Below are positions 49,901-61,900 of a stretch of DNA of 64,000 nt, piece after piece; position 1 is the stretch's first letter, and every line of letters begins with the position of its first letter. The position numbers were made by a program, and so were the translations under genes. This DNA comes from Oculina patagonica (taxonomy: Eukaryota): NCBI RefSeq assembly GCF_052425735.1, contig NC_135761.1, positions 13,392,001 through 13,456,000 on the forward strand, read 5' to 3'. The notes under the pieces were generated by a model. It was not told the DNA's origin. It saw only the letters and a program-made list of their open reading frames with translations, and did not search any database.

Positions 49901-52900
49901 TATTCTGATTGGCTGTATTTTCTACGGCATGGTATAAAAGCCTATATGAGACAGCAATAAACCGAGAGTCCTTTGACACGTTGGTGAACTTATTAACGGC
50001 TTCGGTCGAGGAAACAATGTTTACATTTTTAAATCTGAATTTGAATTTCACTATTTGAATTTGAATTTCACTATATTTGTGCTTTCTTTGCCTAACATTT
50101 AAGTGTTATTTTGTTCCCCAATCTTGAACTTCTGCAAGAAGGGCATCCTTTCATTCCTTCCCTGATTAGACCATATTTGTATTCTCGGTTTCGACTATAA
50201 CTAGCTTGCAATGGAGGCTAATGTGGGAAATCTTCTCAAAATGCAATTAAATGCCATGAAGCTCTTTGTTATGATATTCCCCCACATTAGCCTTCATTGC
50301 CACTTCATTAAGTTCCAGTCTATTACCAACAATTCATACGAATATTATTGCCTTTTTTTTTTGTCCTTCACACTTCATAAAAATTAATAAACATCTTGTG
50401 TCTATCAGGTGGAGTTCATAAATATTGATTCTTTGGCTGAATGGTGTGGAAGAACAGAAGTGTCCATCGATGAAATAAAACAAGGAGAAGGATATTTGGA
50501 AATCAGAGATGGGCATACAAAGGTAAACCACTGATTTAAAACTAGCATCCATTTGTCGTACTTGACAAATGGATGCTACTATCGTACTTACTTAAGGAGG
50601 GTTTTTAAGGGTTGTGAGCCCACTTAACGATGAGAACAAATGACTTACAAGCTATCAATAATCCAGATTATTTGTTCAAAAATTCACACTGAATTTTTTT
50701 TTAAAACCAGGCTACAAAATTACCGGTAATGTAGATGTCAGAGATGCACTGTGACACAATGCATGTACAACTGTAGAGTAACCCCAAAAATGCAATCAAG
50801 ATACTTTCACAAAAAATGTGAAAGTGTTATATAAACAGACATTACAGGTCTATGAGCATTCTCTAACAATCTACATTTCAAAACAAGCTCTCCAATAGGG
50901 ACTTATAATTAGAAAAGTTTATTTGTATACCTTATTACATGAATTTTTTGCGATTTTGAGGTCACATATTTTGTGACACTTAAATTTTGCGATATGCGGA
51001 CATTTTGTATTTTGAATCACTTTAATTTCACGTTTTTGAGTAAAATACAATTTACATTTCCTTGGCAATGTTATTCAACATGCCCTTGAATTAAATTAAA
51101 CGACTTCATCAAAGGAACAATAACGTTAAAATTAACAAAAACGCAAGGACGGGACTAAATCTAGGCATTAGCAACAACAGAGCAGTTGTAACAATGTCTA
51201 CAAGTAGGTCATGCTTGCACATGCAAGAGTTATTGTTCTTGAGTCAGAATATGACAACATCCATTTACATTGAAAATTCCTTCCTTCAGTGGTACTAAAC
51301 TAATTATTCTTTCACATCATGTTATGAACGCGACACTTATTGTTTGCGTCACTTTAATTTCGCGATTTTTTTTGGAATCGCAAAATTTGCAAGATAAACG
51401 TGTCGCGAAAATTTCATGTAATAAGGTATCTTTCAGAGCTACATGTATGAGAGATAAACAAATGTACAAGTATGCTGGAGATTTAGGGACTTATTAATAT
51501 AAATTATTATTGTAATTTTTTTTGTGGGGGGGGGGGGCTTATTTTCAGACTTTTTAAAATATTTTCTGAATTTTAGGGTTTGTCCATTAATTAAATTGAG
51601 TAAAATCTCATGATTGTATGCATGCAAACAGAAAATTTAAAGGTAACTCTAACTCTTATACTCCAAATTGTGGCTGAGTTTAATTATTAAGATTGCTTTT
51701 GGAAAGCTACCTGTTATTTCTTCCACCTCCCACCTGATCCAAAATAAAACATAATAAAGGTCAATCAAACAGTACACTGCACACTTTATCTCAGTTTTCA
51801 TCAGGCTCAATGGTATTTGTTTATTTGTTTAGTCTAGGTAACAGAACAAGTAATCTTTTCTCTAAACATTTTACCTTATGTTGTTCACTAACATGAATTT
51901 TATATGGAAATATCCAAAAGTTACTTCTGTGATGTTTTCAGCAGTTTTACTGCCCTTTTCAGGCTTTAAATTGATCCAAAATTTACTGAATATACCTAAA
52001 GTAAAGTTTACAAACCTTTTTTTTTCCAGCCAATCTCAGAGGGAGCTCTTTCGCCAGACAGCTCAGTACTAGCAACTGCCAGTGAGGATGGTTACATCAA
52101 GTTTTGGCAATTGTCAGATAAAGTAAAGTGTATGCATGAATTCCAACCTCACGGTGACTTACCTCTGTCCCGTATGATATTTACTGACAATCAGACTTCA
52201 CAAGATAAATAGTAAGTGAAATACTGTATTTTAGAGAACAATATTATTACAGTTGTGTTAGCCAAAACTGTTCTCTTAGTATTTTACTTTTGTTTGGCAA
52301 AACACCATTGGTATCAATAATTTCATCCAAAAGTCTTGAGACACAATCTTGTAGTCTTTTCCATGACCATTTAAAATAGGCAAATATACATAATTATGCC
52401 TTACCCCTTGACAGTGTTGCAAAAAAAGTTTGTCGACAGGTTTTTCTGGGAGCTGTTCTTCACTTTTACCCAATGTAAAATGCAGAATTCTGGCCCTATC
52501 CTGGCCTCCTGGGGGGAAGGAACTAAGAGAGAGAGAGTGCAAAATTAACTCTACTCTTCTGCATTGCAAATGTCTACACTGTATGTGCAGAGTTGAATTG
52601 AAGAGTGTGGAATGTCAAGAGTAAAGTAGTATGGATTGTAAAGGGTAGTGTGGAGTGTGTAGAGTGTAAAGTGTACATTATGAAGTCTAGTGCAGTGTGG
52701 CACTGGGCAGGTGTATCAAGTGTGGGATGTCATGAGTATAAAGTTGTGTAGAGTGTTGAAGTGTATAGTTTTAGGAATGGTATGTCGAGTATGTAGAATG
52801 TTTAGTCAGGCTAGATGCTCAAAATCGCGTTTTTGCTCCTACTCAATTACTGTGAATATTGAATGATATAGTGTATATCACTTGATAGTTTTGACTACTT

Positions 52901-55900
52901 AAAACCCGTGAACTGTGATCTTTTGGTTGTCGGATGGTGGTTAATAACAATATGATGTTCTCTTTTTTAGTCTTCCAATGTGGAGATTTTTAATCACAGG
53001 AGCTGAATTTAACAGAGAAATTAAAGTTTGGTGTACAGTCACATGGTCGTGTTTACAAACAATCAGGTAAATTGCTGCATGTTCAGGAACTAAAAACGAG
53101 TCTTGTCTTCTTCTGACTTCACGGTTGTTATATTTAATATAATTTCGAATGGTAAATATAACAATGTGATATTTTGCATTTTATTTGTAGATTTACGTCT
53201 CCAGATGTTACAAGTTCCAGGTAAGTTGTGCGAATTTATAACTGAATTCAGAGTTTCTGTGTAGCCAGTAGTCATGCCCTAGATTTGCTGATTTCAGTGA
53301 TTATAAACAATTGTTGAAGCGAGTTTTTGATGGGGAATGAGAGTCTCTACTTCAACACTCAATAGTCCACGATTTCTTCCAACTGGAATTTATTCTACAA
53401 ACCTGACACCTGCAACTCTATTACAACTCTCTTACTATTCTGAACAATAAATCTTGCACGCGCGCTTTTAAAGGACCAGGCATAAACCGTCAATCACCCA
53501 TCAAAAATTGTCAAACTTACAGATAAAATCTTATGTCATGACCTGCGCAGAGCATGCCAAGAGAAAGTGTGAAGACGGGAAGGTTTATTTCCCGAACATG
53601 CAAGGGTGTGAATTTCGATTCTGTTTTTCGCAATTTCAACTTACTTCCACTCGGCAACTGGTCCAAATAAAAGAACGCGAGCAAAGTAAAATTTATAAAG
53701 AATGTTTTTACAATACAACACAATCTTTATTTAGCGTGGTCCGCACACTTAGTAAAAAGCTAGTTTTCAGGTGCGCCACGAAATAAAAATACAAAACAGA
53801 AAAATAAAAACTTCTTGGAAGTGTATAAAAATAAATTAAGCTATAATTAAGAATGACTACAAATTACAATATTGTCTAACTAACAATATTGTCTAACAAA
53901 TTACAATATTGTCTAACTAAGATTTACAGAATAATATTAAATCAAAGTTACAAGGTTGTACCGAAAAATTCAGACCAAAAAGGTTGCTAATGTAAACAAA
54001 CCAACGACAACTCTAGAGTAGATTCTGAGAAGAAGGGGCGTTCCTTGAATTAACATCGTTACGCCCACGTACATATATTAATACTAAGTTGTTTACGAGT
54101 TTTGGACCAACTAAAGGTGTTACCAGCAGTACCTGATGTACAAATTAATTCAAAATCGTATTGTACAACTATACAATATTCAAGATAAAAGAACAATCAC
54201 TTCTGTAGATATCAATGTACAATCTTTTGAAATCAAAGGAAATAAAAAGATAACTAATTAAGTTTGTTATGGTTTGCTATGGTTTCGCTTCAGAAAAAGA
54301 CATATTTTGAAATAAGAAAACAGAACTAACAGCCGAAATATCTTAAGAGGGGTTTGCTCTACGGACCGACTAAGGGTATGCAAAATAGCAAAGACCGATT
54401 TTCCCAAACTTTGCCAGAATAAAGGCCTCGGTAAACTAGTTCTAAAAATATAAGTTTCGGGTCGTTAAGAATTTTTTTGATTTTTTAGTAGAATTTTTAA
54501 TATTTTGCCCGTGGCGGCAGGCTAAATCAACGCCGAAATAGCGACTTTTGTGGAAGCTGTTGTTCATATATTAAAAGCGTCCTAGAAAATAATTACCAAA
54601 GAACTCAAAACCTTTCATTTCCTCTACCTATAAGTGGTGTCAAAATTATGTGGAACAAAAACTGGAATTTTTAACGGAATTTTTAAGTTTATACATTTTG
54701 ACAGTCGTAGCAACAGCCGAATTTTGCCTAAATTCACGGGTCAAAAAATCACTCTGGTACACGACTTTACCCTTCAAGACTATACGCCGTAGAAAGAGAA
54801 ATTTCCCATCTACAGTTTCCACGAAAAAAAATTTGGGATAAACGAAACGACGAATTTTGAAAGCGTTTTGAAAATAGGTCACTCGAGTCATATGAGTGAC
54901 CTTTTGACCTTCCGTGTCAATAACAACAACTAACGGAAGGTCTTCGAATGTTACGTTTCTTCGTTAAAAGAAGTGTAATTTCCACTTTATTGCATACTTT
55001 TAAATAAAGGAAACCATTTTTTTTTTGTGGTGGATTTGCTATGTTGGCGAATTTGTTCGAAACTTTCGCGAGAGTTTTGAAATGCGAGCTTATCTTCTGC
55101 TTTGAGCGGTTCCGGTAGGTTGATTACCAAATTATACATTCGAATCTGCTTTCAACGAAAATGTGGCATCTACAACGAAGTAAATGCCAAATCACTGAGC
55201 AATAAAGAAATATTTCTTACCTTTATGACTTTTCCTAGTCCAGAAACCACATTATTCGTACCAAAATACGGAGCGAAATGCCTCGATCTTCATGTCTTCT
55301 TGTCGCACGCGATCATGTTTCAATGTAACGTCCATGTTAACGATTAACTTGACAAACCCGCATAATTCAACAGGAAGTACAGTTCACTGAGGCTTTCTTG
55401 GTAGTGCAGCAGCGCATTTCCCCGATCTTACTTTGACATCTTAAATACTCGACGCTGTCAGTTGAGTTCTGAGATGTGATGTGAATGTGTAAAGCTAGAC
55501 TGAATAACTCCAATTCACCCCGGAAGAGGCGCGGCCACAAAGTAACTTGGCAAAACCGCATAATTCAACAGGAAGTACAGTTCGCTGAGGCTTTCTTCGT
55601 AGTGCAGCAGCGCGTTTTCCCGGTGCTACTTGAATTGGGCATCTTAAATTCTCGACGCTCTCGGTCAACAGAAGTGGTCTTTTGCTTGTCTTTAGGAATG
55701 TTAACGATTTGTAAAGTAAAGCCACAGGCTACCCAGCTGTACGTAGAGGTTGCTAATCAATTAAAAAAATACACAAAAGCAAAAAATTCGTGAGCATTTT
55801 GAGCACAGTAAAAGTTGCTTCATTAATCGACTTCATTGAATGGTAAGTGAAAATATAGTTTGTAGGCGAATGTATAAGTATATGTGTCTTAAGTATATTT

Positions 55901-58900
55901 ATTTTTTTGACGTTCTTATTGAAATTATGTTAAACTTTACAGGCAAATTCCATCGTCCATGCGACATTATTCAGCTCTAAGAAACTGCGGTATAAAACAT
56001 ACTGTCATTCGTTGTACGTGCATTTACTATTAATCCACAATGAAATATCTTTGTTGTTTGGTTGATACCACATGGTCACCAAGCTGTACAATTCAAGTGG
56101 AAAACAGATGTGGCAAATATCTAAGCCTCTACTTACAGGCACTACCCTTTACAATTTCCTTAAACCAACCAGCTATTTCTCCAAAAAGCTAGCCAATTGT
56201 ATTCAGATGACAATATGACATGTGTCTTACTCCCTACTAAGAGCCAATCCCCTTAGCCAACAACCTATACAGTTCAATGACAAAAAATGACAATTTGACA
56301 GGTGTCTTCCTCTCTACTTAGAGCCACGCCCTTTACAAACTCCCCTTTGGCGAACAAGCTATACAATTCATGTGATAGCAGATGACAATTTGCAGGTGTC
56401 TTACTCTCTACTAAAAGCCACACCCCTTTACAAACTACCCTTTGCCGAACAAGCTATACAATTCATGTGATAGCAGATGACAATTTGCAGGTGTCTTACT
56501 CTCAACTAAGAGCCACACCCCTTTACAAAAAACAGACCTCAACATGACTGCTGTCTTATTTGCTACAACAGCTGCACCCCTTTACAATCTCCTCTAAGGA
56601 GAAAGGAAACTCCGCTTTGCGGGTTGCGATGAATCCGTCGGATTCATCGCAACCCGCAAAGCTATACTCAATGCTTTCATTCTCCCCTTCTTGTGCATGT
56701 CACACAGGTTTAAGTTGTCATAAACGATGGGGTGTCGTAGCTGCACGTCATCCAGTACAACCTGGCGGGCATCGAAAAACTCTTGCTCTACTTCCACAGC
56801 TCTAATATCTTCGTCGGTAGTTGCCACAGCGTTGCACAACTTAGTTGCTGAACGACCGTATCTGCTGTGCAGTTAGGAATTCGTCTTTGGAGAACAATCT
56901 CGACCCGTCTGCTTTCTTAATTTGAAAAATCGCATATCTTTAGAAACTTGCCCAGGGTTTTGTTGTGACCAGTTTCCTGCCCAAGGTTGAACTTGTCCTC
57001 TAAGTACTTCCTTTAAGCTTCACTAAATCGTTTGGGCTTTTTGGCTGTTTTCAAGGCCCAACCCTCGGGTAAGCATGCTCCCTCCGTCGCCTCAACTTCA
57101 GTTGTTTCTAGTACTTTTGCGGAACTGACATCTTCTTGAAGGAGTATGTGGTATGACTTCTTTGTTTTGTCAAGTAATGTCTCTTTTTCTGGCAACATCT
57201 TGCATTTGCCAAAGGACATATGCTTCTCCAGACTTTCAATGTAACGTCCATGTTAACGATTAACTTGGCAAAACCGCATAATTCAACAGGAGGTATTCAA
57301 GTCTGGAGAAGCATATGTCCTTTGGCAAATGCAAGATGTTGCCAGAAAAAGAGACATTACTTGACAAAACAAAGAAGTCATACCACATACTCCTTCAAGA
57401 AGATATTTTTATCGTTTCCGGATATAACTAGTTACATAAAAGCATTGAGTATAGCTGGCCAACAGACTGATTAACTGTCTGACCGACTGACTGGCCAACT
57501 GACTCACAGACTCATTGCCTGAGCGGCCATTGGTCCATTGATCAGTGGGTCACTTGGTCAATGAGTTACAGGATCATAGTGATTTGCATTTTGCGCTGAT
57601 TCTCGCTACATATTTATTAATTGTCACCTCGTTTCCTAGCAGAGGAAAAATGTGTAAGTAAATATATTCAAAAGGATGCTATTTTATTCAAACCGTTAAC
57701 CGACACCAACAAGCACAAGAAGCAGACGCGGAGTTCATAGTCTGAAGAACTAAAAGGACCTTTAAGGTGGCTCCATAGGGTTTAGAGATATTACGGCGCG
57801 CGCACAAGTGATGTACCCATCAAGAGATCATTTTCGCGTTATTTTTTAAACTAGTTACATAAAAGCTGCCGGAAGCCGCCATGTTTGTTTTGATTTGCCG
57901 GCATTTCAAGCTCGCCCTTTCGTACCCATTCTTCGCGCGATCAAGAAACCCTATGGAGCCACCTTAAACACATAGAAAACACAAATTATAATTTTTATCG
58001 TTTCCGGATATACCATGTAAGAAGTATGAACTCTAATAGTTACTTGCGCGCAACACATAGTCTGTTAGTCAACTGTTGGTTGGTTGTGGGTAATCTACAT
58101 GCACTGTTCAAACTCAGGTGATCAATGGATTATTGAATAAAAAGATAATCTATTTATTGATTTATTCATTAACTCGCTTATTTTTATTTATTTATTTATT
58201 TATTTATTTATTTTATTTTATTTAAATATTTCACTGAAAAGCCCTGTGGGGACGTGAAATAACTGTATGTATTAATGTATTACCAGCAAGCTATTGGGAG
58301 ATCTATTGTGTTAAAGAACACAAATTGGAATTTCAGTAGTATTAGTGCAAAAGGCGCGAAAATAATGTGGAACGTGATCAATAAATATTTATGTAAATTT
58401 AGTTTTAAAAATAGTGTTGTAACGTTGTCGGTATCTTTAGAATTTATCTTTGATCAAGAAGCGTTTGGTTTCGCATCGGAAAAAGCAATTATCTTGTTCT
58501 TCTAATTGACCAATTATATTCTTTCACTAACTTATCAATATGACTCTCATATGACTCGAGTGACCTATTTTCAAAACGCTCTCAAAATTCGTCGTTTCGT
58601 TTATCCCAATTTTTTTTTCGTGGAAACTGTAGATGGGAAATTTCTCTTTCTACGGCGTATAGTCTTGAAGGGTAAAGTCGTGTACCAGAGTGATTTTTTG
58701 ACCCGTGAATTTAGGCAAAATTCGGCTGTTGCTACGACTGTCAAAATGTATAAACTTAAAAATTCCGTTAAAAATTCCAGTTTTTGTTCCACACAATTTT
58801 GACACCACTTATAGGCAGAGGAAATGAAAGGTTTTTAGTTCCTTGGAATTTTTTTTCTAGGACGCTTTTAATATATGAACAACAGCTTCCACAAAAGTCG

Positions 58901-61900
58901 CTATTTCGGCGTTGATTTAGCGTGCCGCCACCGGCAAAATATTAAAAATTCTACTAAAAAATTAAAAAAAATTCTTAACGACCCGAAACTTATATTTTTA
59001 GAACTAGTTTACCGAGGCCTTTATTCTGACAAAGTTTGGGAAAATCGGTCTTTGCTATTTTACATACCCTTAGTCGGTCCATAGAGCAAACCCCTCTTAA
59101 GAAACCTTTTAATACAATACTAGAAATTATTGTATTAAATAAACAATCTGTGATGAGTAAACTAACGTGTTATTGATAAGTTAGTGAAAGAATATAATTG
59201 GTCAATTAGAAGAACAAGATAATTGCTTTTTCCGATGCGAAACCAAACGCTTCTTGATCAAAGATAAATTCTAAAGATACCGACAACGTTACAACACTAT
59301 TTTTAAAACTAAATTTACATAAATATTTATTGATCACGTTCCACATTATTTTCGCGCCTTTTGCACTAATACTACTGAAATTCCAATTTGTGTTCTTTAA
59401 CACAATAGATCTCCCAATAGCTTGCTGGTAATACATTAATACATACAGTTATTTCACGTCCCCACAGGGCTTTTCAGTGAAATATTTAAATAAAATAAAA
59501 TAAATAAATAAATAAATAAATAAATAAAAATAAGCGAGTTAATGAATAAATCAATAAATAGATTATCTTTTTATTCAATAATCCATTGATCACCTGAGTT
59601 TGAACAGTGCATGTAGATTACCCACAACCAACCAACAGTTGACTAACAGACTATGTGTTGCGCGCAAGTAACTATTAGAGTTCATACTTCTTACATGGTA
59701 TATCCGGAAACGATAAAAATTATAATTTGTGTTTTCTATGTGTTTAAGGTGGCTCCATAGGGTTTCTTGATCGCGCGAAGAATGGGTACGAAAGGGCGAG
59801 CTTGAAATGCCGGCAAATCAAAACAAACATGGCGGCTTCCGGCAGCTTTTATGTAACTAGTTTAAAAAATAACGCGAAAATGATCTCTTGATGGGTACAT
59901 CACTTGTGCGCGCGCCGTAATATCTCTAAACCCTATGGAGCCACCTTAAAGGTCCTTTTAGTTCTTCAGACTATGAACTCCGCGTCTGCTTCTTGTGCTT
60001 GTTGGTGTCGGTTAACGGTTTGAATAAAATAGCATCCTTTTGAATATATTTACTTACACATTTTTCCTCTGCTAGGAAACGAGGTGACAATTAATAAATA
60101 TGTAGCGAGAATCAGCGCAAAATGCAAATCACTATGATCCTGTAACTCATTGACCAAGTGACCCACTGATCAATGGACCAATGGCCGCTCAGGCAATGAG
60201 TCTGTGAGTCAGTTGGCCAGTCAGTCGGTCAGACAGTTAATCAGTCTGTTGGCCAGCNNNNNNNNNNNNNNNNNNNNNNNNNNNNNNNNNNNNNNNNNNN
60301 NNNNNNNNNNNNNNNNNNNNNNNNNNNNNNNNNNNNNNNNNNNNNNNNNNNNNNNNNNNNNNNNNNNNNNNNNNNNNNNNNNNNNNNNNNNNNNNNNNNN
60401 NNNNNNNNNNNNNNNNNNNNNNNNNNNNNNNNTCANNNNNNNNNNNNNNNNNNNNNNNNNNNNNNNNNNNNNNNNNNNNNNNNNNNNNNNNNNNNNNNNN
60501 NNNNNNNNNNNNNNNNNNNNNNNNNNNNNNNNNNNNNNNNNNNNNNNNNNNNNNNNNNNNNNNNNNNNNNNNNNNNNNNNNNNNNNNNNNNNNNNNNNNN
60601 NNNNNNNNNNNTGAGAGATAATGTTTTCTTTTTAAGCTCTATCCATCATTCATTCCTGAAAGTGAGCTTGGACCTCTCAGGATCATATTTGGTAATTTCA
60701 GATGCTCTCAAAAAGGTATACATGGCTTAGTTATTTCTTGCTCTTTTTTTACTACTCTTATTCTTGACTAGAATGGTTTTTAGCTGTTTAAGGTGCGTCC
60801 AGTTAATGGCATTACGCATCCTTTCTGCGCATAATATTTGCGTCATCTAGTGCGCGCTCACAGAACATTACGAGGTTTCTAAGAGGAGAAGCTCGACAGG
60901 GAAATCAATGGTCGTTTTCTTTTAAACGAGCATGGTCACCCCCTTTTTATTACGTAATTTTAAAGAAAAAACGGCTCTCTATGATATGCCTACGTTTTAA
61001 GAATTTTTGATTTCCCGATTTTGAAATATTCTCATGAATCTTCATAATTATACTCCGTTTTTGCGTGTTTCATTGGAAGCATAAAGCTGCTTCAATAGCC
61101 CTTTTTTCCATAACTTTTGCTTTATCGGCAAAATTTCGGCGTTTTACTGTAACATTGTTGTGTCACTAAGGGAAGATATTCATATTCAACTTCTATCAAA
61201 AAAATTCTGTATGTAATGAGCACCTCACAACCAAAGCTAGGGTTTTAATATTGCTTTTATAAACTAGCAAAGTACTTATAAACTATAGCTCTAGAGCGCA
61301 AAAACAAGCATGGTGACCCCTCTTTTTATTTCATTGTTTGATTTACTAGTTGTAATTAACAACTGTGCAAAGTTTCAAAAGATTTTGATAACAAATTCTT
61401 TTTCAATGGAATCACCTTAAGTTTCAAGTTGGAATTCTGTCAAAGGAATTCAGAGCTACTTTAGTTTAATAATATTTTGATAGTGTTCTGAAGTTTAGAA
61501 TTTAGCGATTTTTCTAACTTGTCTTCCCTACACCAGGTTATTTATGTACTTATGTTTCATCAAGACTTTGAAGAAGGCCATGCACATGTCACTTCAGTAG
61601 CAGAGTTCCGTCTTACACAGCCACTTCTTAGTTTTGTTGTTGGTCAAGTCAAGTTGTTCAAGCTAAAATCGCATAGAGAACAAAATGGACAGGAACAAAG
61701 TCACAGTGATAATGATGATATTCATTCATCATATGTTGGACTGGAAGAAATAGCTCCTGGAGATGAAAAAGGAAAGAAATTCGGTGTTCAGTTGCAGCTC
61801 TATTGCATTCAAACCAGGTAAGTGCTGATCCAAGGCAAGTGATGTGTTAAATCTACTATCCCTGGACTATCTATCAAAAAAAATAGATCACTGTCTAGCG

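Larger units (their letters stand above)
54347..59096. mobile_element. Sola3-like DNA transposon derivative with ~550-bp TIRs
   Basis: TIRs 54347-54896 and 58546-59096; GAG...CTC termini; TTAA on both sides. Minus-strand transposase-like C-terminal remnant at ~56600-57235 (GWALK...RF...YL..KF..G..TG, RLFSKDEFLTAQQI). Confidence 0.75.

Noticed and set aside
56130-56530. CRISPR-like array
   Set aside because: Eukaryotic context; the units are degenerate tandem repeats without unique spacers.
54646-59436. Duplicated short ORFs (MEQKLEF..., MYYQQAIG...)
   Set aside because: They are by-products of the TIRs and the inverted duplication, not genes.
60258-60611. Missing EDC4 exon in the gap
   Set aside because: Exons ending at 53220 and starting at 60637 join in frame and collinearly with EDC4, so no exon is needed.
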